Shown: piece by piece, positions 27,890-38,360 of the stretch
How positions within the stretch are numbered: position 1 is the first letter of the stretch
Layout of the letters: the number at the start of each line of letters is the position of its first letter
IMG/VR virus record: IMGVR_UViG_3300008120_000241
Coordinates: 1 to 64,000 of that record
DNA length: 64,000 bases
Origin: a virus
Strand: one strand, 5' to 3'
Program-made: the position numbers and the translations under genes
Notes under the pieces: generated by a model
Seen by the model: only the letters and a program-made list of their open reading frames with translations
Database searches by the model: none
Told to the model about the DNA's origin: nothing

Positions 27890-30800
27890 ATGAAAGATTT
27901 GATTTCAGAAATACAGACAATGAGAAATAGGATGGGTTTAAAAAACGTATCTACACCAAAAATATTGAGTGAAGCATCAATACCTACCCCATTATGGAAT
28001 AAACTGGCTAAGTATTTTGATGAACTAATACTCGGCAGTGAAAAATCATTAGATGATTTGGCAAAAAAAGGAGTAATCACAAATGAAGAATTACTTTGGT
28101 TAAAGAAGAACGCTTCAGAAATTTCTAGAAAGGCAAAAAATATTGTAGACCCAAATACAAACGAGTATATATTAAAAAAGTTTAAAACCATCACACAAAA
28201 TGTCACAGAAGATGAACTTGAAAAATTATCAAAAATAGGTTTTGAAACTTGGTTAGAAAAAAATCCAAAGACACTAGAACCCATTGACGCTTTAACTGAT
28301 AAAATTTCTAAATTAATAGAAGAATTTTCAAGTACTGGTAAAATACAAAATGATCCGGAATTAACTAAATACTTAAATAATGGTGGTACCTGGGAGGATT
28401 TGTTCAAAAGTACTTTAGAAAGTGAAGGCTATAAAGATGAGTTATTGGATTTTGCCCTGGAAAGATTTAAAAAAAATATTCAAACAAAAATAGTTAAAAC
28501 CGAACCTTTAAATGTGGAAAATATCATAGAAGATAAAATTAATAAACTTTTAAATGACCCAACGTATAAAGATTTAAATAGTTTAGAGAAGTTAAAAAAA
28601 ATTAATACATTAAAAAAAGAATTAATAGACGAGTTAAAACTCAAACAACAAGATAAAACACTTTCTGCTAAAATTTCAGAAAAGGAAATTGAAAAATTAG
28701 TAGATGATAAGTTGGAATCCCTTTCTGGTACTATTGAGACATTTTACACAAAAAAGGGTGTAACTGATTTTTTATTATCGGTTAAGGGTGTCGGTAACTT
28801 ACTTGATGAATTTATATCTCTTGGTCAATTATTTAATTCTACCGCCGAAAAAAACATAACAACATTAAAAAATGATATTTCAGATATCATTGTGTTAATT
28901 GATAGGTCTGATTTAACTGAAAATTACTATAGAGAGGTTGCAAATAAAATAAAAGCACTTTCAAGTAATGCTAGAAAAACAAAAGAATCTGTTACTAAAT
29001 TTTGGGATGATTTAAAGAAATTAATTACTGAAGCATTTCCGAATGACCCTAAAAAAGCTCAAGACATAATAAATAAAATAGGGGGGCCAAACAAACTAGA
29101 TGAGTTTTTCACTAAAACTAACCAATACGTTGAGGTTGGTGATAGAATTAAGGAGACGTGGCAAAAAATTTTAGACGCTTTTGGTAAATTTAAAAGTCTA
29201 AATAAAGAAGTTGGAGATATGAGTAGTAATGTCTTAAAATTTGGTGAAGGTCCGGCAAAAAGATGGGTTAATTTTATTGCCAGTGGGAGTTTTACATCAT
29301 TTAAAGAATGGACACAAAGATTAGCACAGAGAAGAAAATTTTTGTTTGTAGGGAAAGAGGTACAAGGATTTAGTTGGAAGTCTTATTTTGATATGTATTG
29401 TAGGATATGGTTTGTTACTAATCTTGCGGTACCTATGGTTACTTCTTTCTTGTCCGCAGTAGGGTTGTGGTTTTTAACGGCTGTTGGTAAATTAACCGGT
29501 ATTGGTGATGAGACAAAATATTTTACTGAAAATAAAAACAAATCTATAGGTGAACTTTGGGGTGAGTTTTATAGTGATTCAATAAAATCTAGTTTAATAC
29601 CTTTTATTGATGATTATAATGGAAAAATGGAAGGTAGTTTCCCACAAAATATTGAACAATGGGGTAAATGGGCTACTGATTTTGTAGGTGCAATAATCCC
29701 TTTCAATACAAAAATTGATGATATTGCTGATTTTATATTTAACACACCTGAATACCTATCAAAAGCGGAACAAATTAAAAACGAACAAGTTAAAAAAGGT
29801 GAGGATACACTTGAAAAGGTTTCAGACAAATTAAAAGGAAAGGATAAAGTGTTTGCGGATAAAAACAACGAAGAGTTAACCAAAACAAACAATAATATTA
29901 AAGTAAAAGAATATAAAAATACAATAGTAGATGGATTAAACAATAGGTATTATATTTTCACAAATAAAGAAATAGGTACCATGCCATCAACAGAAGAAAG
30001 GGTAAAATTATTTAATAAAATAAAATATGAGGGTAAACCTGGAACATTTGAACAAGATAAATTTTTTATTACAATAAATGGTAAAAAATATAAATTTGTT
30101 GATAACACATTCTATGAAGACCCAACCACAGGAAAACAAGGAAACTGGAAAGACCTAGGTGGAAGACTTTACGAAAACAAAAATAACATTATGAAAGATT
30201 TACTTAAAAAAATCATTTTGGAAGAGGAAGAAGAAAGAACTCTTAAAATGAAAGATTGGGATGAAATATTCACATTCCAAAAGATGGATGAAAAAAATCC
30301 AGGAAAATACACTGAGGTAAAACTTAAAATGGATTCTGTTATGGATAGAATGCCTCATTGGAGAAAGAAATATAAAAAGGAATGTGAAGATATGGATAAT
30401 TGTGATGATGATGGTGAAGATGATTCATTTGTTAGAGCAGTTATTGATACACACCCAGAAGTCGTTAGAATCCTATTTACAAAAGGTTTAGCTCATTTAA
30501 CTTCCAGTGAAGAACAAGAAGATCTAAATGAAGGTTTACACAAATTATTGGCCGTTATTAGAGAAGCTAAAAGTGTTGAGGTTGAGGTTTGGTCTGTTTA
30601 CAGACACCCATCAAGTCCGGATAAAATCTGGTCATTGGTTAAAGGTGATTACAAACCAAAGGAACTAGCTTCAATGGATGTTAAAATGCAACAATCACCA
30701 CAAAATTCAGTAGAACCAAAAAAAAACTCACTTGATGAGTTAAAAAAAAAAGAATCTGAAGCAATAAAAATATTGTCAACAGATGAAAAAAAAGGTTTAA

Positions 30801-31144
30801 ATGAACTTCCAATAAAAGTAAGGAATGTTGTTAAAGAAAAAATAAAAAGAGGTTGGACAACGGAAAAACCATCCGATAAGTTAATTAATTTTTTTAAGAA
30901 ATCCGAAGTTGAATCCGCTTTGATTGACTCAATTGATATTTATAAATTAAAACCAACCAAAGAATTCTTTAATTTCATTACCGATAACAAAACGGAAGAT
31001 TCAATTAAAAGAGGTTTTTGTAGATCAATTTATTACGTTAAAAAAGAAATTGATTTGGAAGGAAAAGTGATGGAGAGAGTAGATGATATTTTAGATAAAT
31101 GTCAAAATAAATTTGACGGAAAATACGGACAAAATTATATCTAA
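27890..31144 (+). CDS. Large helical virion/ejection-protein candidate with TM segment and an internal leader (MKDLLKKIILEE, ~30191)
   Basis: Leader MKDLISEIQTMRNRMGL...ILSEA; TATTTAT upstream. Confidence 0.7.
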   Translation: MKDLISEIQTMRNRMGLKNVSTPKILSEASIPTPLWNKLAKYFDELILGSEKSLDDLAKKGVITNEELLWLKKNASEISRKAKNIVDPNTNEYILKKFKTITQNVTEDELEKLSKIGFETWLEKNPKTLEPIDALTDKISKLIEEFSSTGKIQNDPELTKYLNNGGTWEDLFKSTLESEGYKDELLDFALERFKKNIQTKIVKTEPLNVENIIEDKINKLLNDPTYKDLNSLEKLKKINTLKKELIDELKLKQQDKTLSAKISEKEIEKLVDDKLESLSGTIETFYTKKGVTDFLLSVKGVGNLLDEFISLGQLFNSTAEKNITTLKNDISDIIVLIDRSDLTENYYREVANKIKALSSNARKTKESVTKFWDDLKKLITEAFPNDPKKAQDIINKIGGPNKLDEFFTKTNQYVEVGDRIKETWQKILDAFGKFKSLNKEVGDMSSNVLKFGEGPAKRWVNFIASGSFTSFKEWTQRLAQRRKFLFVGKEVQGFSWKSYFDMYCRIWFVTNLAVPMVTSFLSAVGLWFLTAVGKLTGIGDETKYFTENKNKSIGELWGEFYSDSIKSSLIPFIDDYNGKMEGSFPQNIEQWGKWATDFVGAIIPFNTKIDDIADFIFNTPEYLSKAEQIKNEQVKKGEDTLEKVSDKLKGKDKVFADKNNEELTKTNNNIKVKEYKNTIVDGLNNRYYIFTNKEIGTMPSTEERVKLFNKIKYEGKPGTFEQDKFFITINGKKYKFVDNTFYEDPTTGKQGNWKDLGGRLYENKNNIMKDLLKKIILEEEEERTLKMKDWDEIFTFQKMDEKNPGKYTEVKLKMDSVMDRMPHWRKKYKKECEDMDNCDDDGEDDSFVRAVIDTHPEVVRILFTKGLAHLTSSEEQEDLNEGLHKLLAVIREAKSVEVEVWSVYRHPSSPDKIWSLVKGDYKPKELASMDVKMQQSPQNSVEPKKNSLDELKKKESEAIKILSTDEKKGLNELPIKVRNVVKEKIKRGWTTEKPSDKLINFFKKSEVESALIDSIDIYKLKPTKEFFNFITDNKTEDSIKRGFCRSIYYVKKEIDLEGKVMERVDDILDKCQNKFDGKYGQNYI

Positions 31145-31149
31145 AAGTT

Positions 31150-31746
31150 ATGGAAACAAATTTATTTAAAAAAGATAAGGATTTACAATATTGTGAAACA
31201 TCAATAAAGGATTTTTATGACAGATATCAAACCTTCTATAACAAATATGAAAAAAATATCCAACCACAACCAACTTCAGTTGATAGTGATTTACCGGATA
31301 ATATAAATGATTTATCTGAAGAAAAAAAAGTTGATCTTGAAAAACAAAAAAAGATTGTAAATGATTGTATTGAAACTTACACTAGAAAGTTTAAACGAAA
31401 TATATTCAAAAAAAATCTTAATAAAGAAATCATACAATTAACAAATCCAGGAGGAAAAGTTAGACCTTTTTTTAGAATTGATGCTCAACTTGCTGAATCA
31501 ACAGATATTTATAATAAAACAAATGATATGAGTATTTCTAATTCTATCAAAAAAGTTCTTACAGAACAAGTTGAAATCAAAAAACAAAATTTAACGGAAA
31601 GAAATATAATTAATGATAGAATCAATTTTATTTTGGAAGACACCAATAACCAAAGACTTAATTTAATTAACGAAGCAAAAAAATTAATTAACAACGGATA
31701 TAACAAAACTATTGTTAAAGAAATAGTGAATCAATACTTAAAATGA
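31150..31746 (+). CDS. hypothetical protein with an internal TATTTAT and MSISNSIKKVLTEQ leader
   Basis: Internal promoter-like box ~31506 and in-frame ATG 31528. Confidence 0.7.
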   Translation: METNLFKKDKDLQYCETSIKDFYDRYQTFYNKYEKNIQPQPTSVDSDLPDNINDLSEEKKVDLEKQKKIVNDCIETYTRKFKRNIFKKNLNKEIIQLTNPGGKVRPFFRIDAQLAESTDIYNKTNDMSISNSIKKVLTEQVEIKKQNLTERNIINDRINFILEDTNNQRLNLINEAKKLINNGYNKTIVKEIVNQYLK

Positions 31747-31747
31747 T

Positions 31748-31878
31748 ATCGCATTACCATCTGCGATTAACAAGGACGATGGTAGGATTTTTAGGTAGAA
31801 CTATTAGTCCATAAACCTTAAAGAAAGGGAGGTGTTCAAAATCTAAGAAAGGTGACTCTAGAGTCGCCTTTTCTTTTT
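31748..31878 (+). ncRNA. candidate structured RNA (H-type pseudoknot, SD-like segment, terminator)
   Basis: ATCGCA/TGCGAT stem with loop TTACCATC complementary to GATGGTAG (31778-31785); AAGGTGAC/GTCGCCTT hairpin + T-run. Confidence 0.4.
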
Positions 31879-31894
31879 GGGAGTATTTATGGTT

Positions 31895-32239
31895 ATGGAG
31901 TTTTTTATAAGAAAAAATAGTACATTACCCTTACTTCAAGTTAACATCACAAAAAACCTTAGAGTTGATTCGTCGACCGATAATTTGGATGACAGTGTTA
32001 TCTATTTTTATATGAAAGATGTTGAAACTGATGTATTTAAAATAGCAAAAGAAGATGCTTATTATGAGGCTGGTTCAATAACTTATCAATTTACAAAAAA
32101 AAACACAAGTAAGATTGGTAGATTTGAAGGTTATTTTAAAATAGAAAATGAAGAAGGACTAATTGATTTACCAGTAGGTGATAAATTATACATAAACATT
32201 ATAGATTCATTTAGTAATAGTGAGTTTTGTTGTAAATAA
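31895..32239 (+). CDS. BppU-like baseplate/fibre adaptor
   Basis: F.I.KN.TLP.L...YQF.KKNT...GRFEG.F....G...LP....L.INI.DS; precedes the fibre gene. Confidence 0.6.
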   Translation: MEFFIRKNSTLPLLQVNITKNLRVDSSTDNLDDSVIYFYMKDVETDVFKIAKEDAYYEAGSITYQFTKKNTSKIGRFEGYFKIENEEGLIDLPVGDKLYINIIDSFSNSEFCCK

Positions 32240-32247
32240 TTATTAAA

Positions 32248-35200
32248 ATGTCAAACAAAAGAATATCCGAATTACCCTATATTGATCAAACGAAAATATC
32301 TGGTAATACTTTGGTTCCACTAGTAACATATTATAGTGCGGTTACTGGAACTACAGTCCATACATATGTTGATGACTTTAAGGACTACATTTTAAGTGGA
32401 GTATCTGGATTAACAGAAATATACGTAACTGGCGGTACTTATTCGGCAAATACAATTACTTTTACAAACAATACTGGAGGAACATTTACTGTAACGGGTA
32501 TTACAGTAACCGGAACTACGATAATGGTTGGTGATTATCTCCCTCTAAGTGGTGGGACCGTTACGGGATCAACGTCTTTTACGTCTGGGTTAAATTCAAA
32601 TATAATTTCAGCAACAACTTATCAGAATTTACCAATAAGTGGATTAACCGCTGGTAATAACATTAATATAAGTGGTTCAAATGGTAATTTCACAATATCC
32701 GTTACTGGAATAACAAGTGGTACTACTTTTACTGGAAATACATCAGCCACTTGCATAAATGACTTATATGTAAGTAATTTACACGGATGTTCACCAATAA
32801 CAATTCATGATAGTATACAATTTACTGGATCAACAGCATCTGGATTATTATCCTATGCTGAAGGATATCAAACAACAGCATATGGTGATTATTCTCACTC
32901 TGAAGGTAGACAGACAACGGCATCTGGTGATTATTCTCACGCTGAAGGTAGTGACACAACAGCATCTGGTGAATATTCTCACGCTGAAGGTTATAATACA
33001 CAAACTGGAAAATACGGAGCATACTTATCTGGACCAATAACAAGTGGTACCATAACTTTAAATTCAAGTTACGGTAACGTAACACCTAATTTTACATCTG
33101 GTAATACTATTGTTATTGATGATAGTGATTTTAATAGTAATATTGGAAGGTCAAATTATACAATATCCGCGGTTACTTTTTCTTCACCAAATACGATAAT
33201 TTATCTAAATCAAACAGGTACAACTTGTACCGGTAACGCGATTATTGGTAATATAAGTAATTTTTCATTATGGAACGGTGATCAAATATTAAGAGGTGAT
33301 TACTCCCACGCTCAAGGTGAAGGAACAAAATCCATCGGTATTTCATCATCTGCTAGTGGTTATTACACTATCGCATTTGGAAATTATTCAAGTACTAGTG
33401 GTGAGTACACAATTGCGTTAGGAAATTATTCTCACGCTGAAGGTAGAGCAACAACGACAATTAGAAATTATTCTCACGCTGAAGGCAGTACAACAACCGC
33501 ATCTGGATATTATTCTCACGCCGAAGGTATTCAGACAACGGCATCTGGATTATATTCTCACGCCGAAGGTGGTCAAACAGTAACTATAGGTCAATATTCT
33601 CACGCTGAAGGCGGTGAAACTACCGCCGTCGGTATCAGTACCCATGCTGAAGGAAAATCAACAATGGCATATGGTGTGTATTCACACGCCGAAGGTAGTG
33701 GAACAACGACATATGGTGTGTATTCACACGCTGAAGGAAAATCAACAACAACAATAGGTGGTCATTCACACGCTGAAGGTATTGGAACAACGGCATTGGG
33801 TCAAAGTTCACACGCTGAAGGTATTCAGACAACTTCTGTTGGTAATGGTTCTCACGCTGAAGGTAATTACTCAGTAGCCATAGGTAGTGCTTCTCACGCT
33901 GAAGGTGATTATACAACGGCATCTGGAAATTATTCTCACGCTGAAGGTTCATCAACAACAGCGTCCGGATATGCTTCTCACGCTGAAGGTTCATCTACAA
34001 CAGCATCTGGTGTTGGTTCTCACGCTGAAGGTTATAATACGCAAACTGGAAAATATGGTGCGTATTTATCCGGACCAATAACAAGTGGTATTATAACTTT
34101 AAATTCAAGTTACGGTAACGTAACATCTGGTTTTACATCTGGAAATACAGTTGTTATTGATGATAGAGATTTTAATAATAATATTGGAAGGTCAATGTTT
34201 ACTATTTCAGCGGTGACCTTTTCCTCACCTAATACAATACTATATCTTACATCAACTATTGTAAATTGTTCAGGAAACGCATTAATAGGTAATGTTAGTG
34301 ATTTTAGTTTATGGAACGGTGACCAAATAATAAAAAGTAATTATTCACATAGTGAAGGTAATAATACTTTTACTTTGTGGGAAAATTCTCACGCTGAAGG
34401 TTATAAATCAATAGCACTAACACCCAATTCTCACGCTGAGGGTGGGGATCAACTTAATAACATACCTGGAGGTTATACTATTGGTGTTGGTTCGCATGCT
34501 GAAGGTGTATTAACAACTTCTTTTGGGGGTTGGTCACACGCTGAAGGTTACCAAACGATAAGTTACGGTAATGGTTCACATTCTGAGGGTAAATTAACAA
34601 CCGCATTAGGTAATTTTTCTCATTCCGAAGGTCTTCAAACGACAGCGTCGGGTTATTATTCTCACGCTGAAGGTCTTCAAACGACAGCGTCGGGTTATTA
34701 TTCTCACGCTGAAGGATACAAAACAATAAGTAGTGGTATTGGTTCTCATGCCGAAGGTGGGGATCAACTTAATGACTTAGCTGGAGGTTATGCGATTGGT
34801 GTTGGTTCGCACGCTGAAGGTATAAATACAACTTCTATTGGTATTGGTTCCCATACCGAAGGTAGATCAACCACAGCCTCCGGGTATGGTTCTCACACTG
34901 AAGGTTCTTTAACGTCAGCATCTGCATATTATTCTCATGCTGAAGGTAGAGAAACTACAGCATCTGGAGATTATTCTCATACTGAAGGATATAAAACAAT
35001 TGCAACTGGTAGAAGTTCTCACGCTGAAGGTGGTGATCAAATTAATAATATACCTGGAGGTTATGCGTTAGGTACTGGTTCACATGCTGAAGGTATTAAT
35101 ACTCAAACAGGAAAATACGGAGCATATTTATCTAATCCTATAGTAAATGGTGTTATAACTCTTAATTCAAGTTACGGTAACGTAACATCTGGCTTTACAT

Positions 35201-36801
35201 CTGGTAATACTGTTGTTATTGATGATAGATATTTTAATAATGATATTGGAAGGTCAAACTACACAATATCCGCAGTTACTTTTTCGTCACCTAATACTAT
35301 ATTATATCTTACTAGTACTATTGTATATTGTTCCGGAAACGCAATAATTGGAAATTTAAGTGATTTTACATTATGGAATGGTGATCAAATAATAAGAGGT
35401 GATTATTCCCACGCACAAGGTGAATTAACTTGGAGTATAGGTATAGGTTCTAATACAAAAGGAGCATTGAATACCGCGTCTGGTTATCATTCACACGCCG
35501 AAGGTGGTGAAACACATTCCATTGGGAGTGGGTCACATAGTGAAGGTAGAACAACAACTTCTGTTGGTTCTTTTTCTCACGCTGAAGGTAATGCAACAAC
35601 AGCATCAGGAGGTTATTCTCACGCTGAAGGTAGACAGACAGCCGCAATTGGAATTTATTCACACGCTGAAGGTGGTTCAACAACGGCATTAGGTGAATAT
35701 TCTCACGCTGAAGGTAGAGAAACAATGACATCTGGAAATTATTCTCACGCTGAAGGTTATCTTTCAACAACAGTTGGTAGTTATTCTCATGTTGAAGGTG
35801 AAAGAACAACAGCGTTTGGACGAAGTTCTCATACTGAAGGTATAGGAACAATCACAGTAGGTGACTATCAACACGTACAAGGTATGTGGAATGTTACTGG
35901 TGATACAACACAAGGTGCTTTTATTGTGGGCAATGGTTCAGATAATAACAATAGAAGTAATTTAATATTTGCAGCAGGAAACCAAGTTAATATATCCGGA
36001 AAAACAACAACCACGAACTTCAGAATGACATCTGGGGCAACAAATGGTTATGTTTTAACATCAGATAATGATGGAAATGCGAGTTGGAAAATATCCGAAG
36101 TTGTAGGTAACTATTTACCATTAAGTGGTGGAACCGTAAGTGGGGGTACATCGTTCACAAGTGGATTGAGTGCTAATACGATTTATATAACAACAACACC
36201 GACGACTGACACACAAACAACGACACAATATTTAACAAGAGATTCTTCAACAGGTCAAATTAAAAGTAAAACTATTCCAGGACCAACAGTTTATGGTTTA
36301 TTCGCTCAAACTGGGAATAGTACAACAATAAGTGGTACAACATCGGAATTGTCATTAATTGATGGTGGTATTGGTACATTATCTGTCCCTGAGAATGGTT
36401 TTAACATTGGTGATTCATTTAGGGCTGACTTTGGTGGATTAATGTCTTCAAAACAAAATGATGATATAAGAATAAGAATTAAGTCTGGATCTGTAGTTTT
36501 AGCGGATAGTGGTTTACAAAATATGGATGCCGGAACTGATGATGTGTGGCAACTTTCAGTTAATTTTACGATAAGAAAAATTGGGGGGCCCACTCAAGCT
36601 GAAATTGTCACATTAGGCGTGTTCCACACAACAAAACAATCAAATGGCACACAAACAGGGTTTGCATTTAATACCGTTAATTATACAACATTTGACACAA
36701 CAATACCAAATCAATTGGATGTGACCGTACAATTTACACAATCCTTTTTCATCCAACCAAACATATGGATCATTAGGATTTTCCATCCAACCGTGTTTTG
36801 A
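32248..36801 (+). CDS. Long fibre/adhesin with 14-aa SHAEG beta-roll (YadA-head-like) repeats
   Basis: Dozens of TTASGxYSHAEG repeats; three 96-aa inserted modules; C-terminus overlaps an antisense gene. Confidence 0.85.
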   Translation: MSNKRISELPYIDQTKISGNTLVPLVTYYSAVTGTTVHTYVDDFKDYILSGVSGLTEIYVTGGTYSANTITFTNNTGGTFTVTGITVTGTTIMVGDYLPLSGGTVTGSTSFTSGLNSNIISATTYQNLPISGLTAGNNINISGSNGNFTISVTGITSGTTFTGNTSATCINDLYVSNLHGCSPITIHDSIQFTGSTASGLLSYAEGYQTTAYGDYSHSEGRQTTASGDYSHAEGSDTTASGEYSHAEGYNTQTGKYGAYLSGPITSGTITLNSSYGNVTPNFTSGNTIVIDDSDFNSNIGRSNYTISAVTFSSPNTIIYLNQTGTTCTGNAIIGNISNFSLWNGDQILRGDYSHAQGEGTKSIGISSSASGYYTIAFGNYSSTSGEYTIALGNYSHAEGRATTTIRNYSHAEGSTTTASGYYSHAEGIQTTASGLYSHAEGGQTVTIGQYSHAEGGETTAVGISTHAEGKSTMAYGVYSHAEGSGTTTYGVYSHAEGKSTTTIGGHSHAEGIGTTALGQSSHAEGIQTTSVGNGSHAEGNYSVAIGSASHAEGDYTTASGNYSHAEGSSTTASGYASHAEGSSTTASGVGSHAEGYNTQTGKYGAYLSGPITSGIITLNSSYGNVTSGFTSGNTVVIDDRDFNNNIGRSMFTISAVTFSSPNTILYLTSTIVNCSGNALIGNVSDFSLWNGDQIIKSNYSHSEGNNTFTLWENSHAEGYKSIALTPNSHAEGGDQLNNIPGGYTIGVGSHAEGVLTTSFGGWSHAEGYQTISYGNGSHSEGKLTTALGNFSHSEGLQTTASGYYSHAEGLQTTASGYYSHAEGYKTISSGIGSHAEGGDQLNDLAGGYAIGVGSHAEGINTTSIGIGSHTEGRSTTASGYGSHTEGSLTSASAYYSHAEGRETTASGDYSHTEGYKTIATGRSSHAEGGDQINNIPGGYALGTGSHAEGINTQTGKYGAYLSNPIVNGVITLNSSYGNVTSGFTSGNTVVIDDRYFNNDIGRSNYTISAVTFSSPNTILYLTSTIVYCSGNAIIGNLSDFTLWNGDQIIRGDYSHAQGELTWSIGIGSNTKGALNTASGYHSHAEGGETHSIGSGSHSEGRTTTSVGSFSHAEGNATTASGGYSHAEGRQTAAIGIYSHAEGGSTTALGEYSHAEGRETMTSGNYSHAEGYLSTTVGSYSHVEGERTTAFGRSSHTEGIGTITVGDYQHVQGMWNVTGDTTQGAFIVGNGSDNNNRSNLIFAAGNQVNISGKTTTTNFRMTSGATNGYVLTSDNDGNASWKISEVVGNYLPLSGGTVSGGTSFTSGLSANTIYITTTPTTDTQTTTQYLTRDSSTGQIKSKTIPGPTVYGLFAQTGNSTTISGTTSELSLIDGGIGTLSVPENGFNIGDSFRADFGGLMSSKQNDDIRIRIKSGSVVLADSGLQNMDAGTDDVWQLSVNFTIRKIGGPTQAEIVTLGVFHTTKQSNGTQTGFAFNTVNYTTFDTTIPNQLDVTVQFTQSFFIQPNIWIIRIFHPTVF
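33001..35391 (+). repeat. Three ~288-bp module copies (33001, 34042, 35104) and a perfect 42-bp tandem duplication (34627-34710) within the fibre gene
   Basis: QTGKYGAYLS...LWNGDQI three times. Confidence 0.9.
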
Positions 36802-37167
36802 ATAATAATCAAAATCTTTTCTTAAAAGGTTCGCCCTATGTGATGAATGAAAATCTTCACAACCTAACCAATGTGGCAATATAAATTCACCTTCAATTTT
36901 TTCATATTCCATTGTGTTTTTAAAACCACGAACTTTCCAAACGTCAATTGAGTCGTTATAATATTGTTTAAGAGCGTTTACGTATGGTCTCCACATAATT
37001 GAACACGGATGATTTAACCAACCTTTATAAGGTTTACCATCTTTACGTAAACGACCGGTAATAGCCGATATTATCTGGTAAGCCTCAACTCGTTGTTTAC
37101 CTAAACGTTTGTTGTCAAGTGATTCTAATGATTTTCTAAAATCTGAATATGGAAGAAATGTTTGCAT
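36640..37167 (-). CDS. Pyrimidine-dimer DNA glycosylase family (DenV/MSMEG_6728-like) protein
   Basis: MQTFLPY.DF..S...LD.KRLGKQRVE..QI...GW.NHP...MW; TAGTTTTG upstream. Confidence 0.85.
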   Translation of the reverse strand: MQTFLPYSDFRKSLESLDNKRLGKQRVEAYQIISAITGRLRKDGKPYKGWLNHPCSIMWRPYVNALKQYYNDSIDVWKVRGFKNTMEYEKIEGEFILPHWLGCEDFHSSHRANLLRKDFDYYSKHGWMENPNDPYVWLDEKGLCKLYGHIQLIWYCCVKCCIINGIKCKPCLCAI

Positions 37168-37222
37168 ATGACAAAACTAATGATTTTTTTTCAATTTACG
37201 ATATATTTATAAGAAAAAAATT

Positions 37223-37756
37223 ATGAAACAATCTATAAGACTAACCGAATCCGAATTAATTAACGTAATTAAGAGGATAATTAACGAATCAAATGGTAAA
37301 AATTTGATGGAACAAGTGAATCCAATTGTTTCAGATTTAACATTAACTTTAAATTATTCAGTTGACCCAACATCCAAACAAAAAACATATTCACAATATA
37401 TTACGTTTTCTACACCTATTAACGTGGAAGATAGACAAGCTGGTAAAAGTTATATGTATGAAGGAGTTTATGCTATAACATTTGATTTGAAGGAATGGGA
37501 AAGTATAACACCGAAAAAACAAACTAAAAGCGGTAAATTTATCACTGGAGAAATACGTGTTAGTGATAATGTTTTGAATTTTTTAAAACCATACCTTAAT
37601 AAAGGTAAAAGTCCGGACCCGATTAAAATTATCAACCTAATTCCGATGATTAAAAATACAGAAGGACAAGTAGTTAAATCAACAGCTTCGTCTGGATCTG
37701 TATATTTAACTGTAACTGAAAAACAAACAGGAGTACCAGTTGGCCCAAAAGATTAA
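37223..37756 (+). CDS. Leader-B cargo protein
   Basis: MKQSIRLTESELINVIKRIINES; TATTTAT upstream. Confidence 0.8.
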   Translation: MKQSIRLTESELINVIKRIINESNGKNLMEQVNPIVSDLTLTLNYSVDPTSKQKTYSQYITFSTPINVEDRQAGKSYMYEGVYAITFDLKEWESITPKKQTKSGKFITGEIRVSDNVLNFLKPYLNKGKSPDPIKIINLIPMIKNTEGQVVKSTASSGSVYLTVTEKQTGVPVGPKD

Positions 37757-37765
37757 TTGAATTTT

Positions 37766-38203
37766 TCACATTCCTTTAATAATCTGAAATTTGGTAAATT
37801 TGTATATATCTTTATCTACACCGAACAATGAAAACCAACTAACTTGTTCATTGTTTACATCTAAATTTATTAGCATCCCAATATCATATCCGTCTATTAA
37901 AAAACTAACCATATACAAACTACCAACATTATTGAATATGATATTACCTTCTGTTTCTAATTCACCACGATAAAAATATTTGAATTGATTGCGTGTTAAG
38001 TCAAATTCATACGATACATTCGCATCATTACTGAAGTCATCAACAAATTTGGTACTATTAATAATATCAACAATATTTATACCAACGGTATCAATTACGT
38101 GAGTATGATATGTTTCAGAAACTTCTATTCGGATAACTTGACCAAAAACTGACTGAGAGATTATTGAAGTCAACACTAGAATAAAAACGATTAACTTTTT
38201 CAT
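37766..38203 (-). CDS. Secreted (Sec signal + Gln) protein, paralog of 41610..42026
   Basis: MKKLIVFILVLTSIISQSVFG-Q; TATCTTTG upstream. Confidence 0.8.
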   Translation of the reverse strand: MKKLIVFILVLTSIISQSVFGQVIRIEVSETYHTHVIDTVGINIVDIINSTKFVDDFSNDANVSYEFDLTRNQFKYFYRGELETEGNIIFNNVGSLYMVSFLIDGYDIGMLINLDVNNEQVSWFSLFGVDKDIYKFTKFQIIKGM

Positions 38204-38324
38204 AACTTTTATTTTTATATTATTTATATCAACAAAGATAAGGTATTTTATATTATCAAACTAAATATTAACATTTTTTAACAATTTACCTATTGACTTA
38301 ATTTAATTTTGTTTTTCTAATATA

Positions 38325-38356
38325 GAAAAAATCCCACCATAATTAAATGGTGGGAT
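38325..38356 (-). terminator. intrinsic terminator after tmRNA
   Basis: ATCCCACCAT/ATGGTGGGAT hairpin then T6 on the minus strand. Confidence 0.8.
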
Positions 38357-38360
38357 CAGT

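Noticed and set aside
32800-35900. SHAEG repeats as CRISPR or as a DGR template/variable repeat pair
   Set aside because: They are 42-bp coding repeats; differences are not confined to adenines and no reverse transcriptase is present
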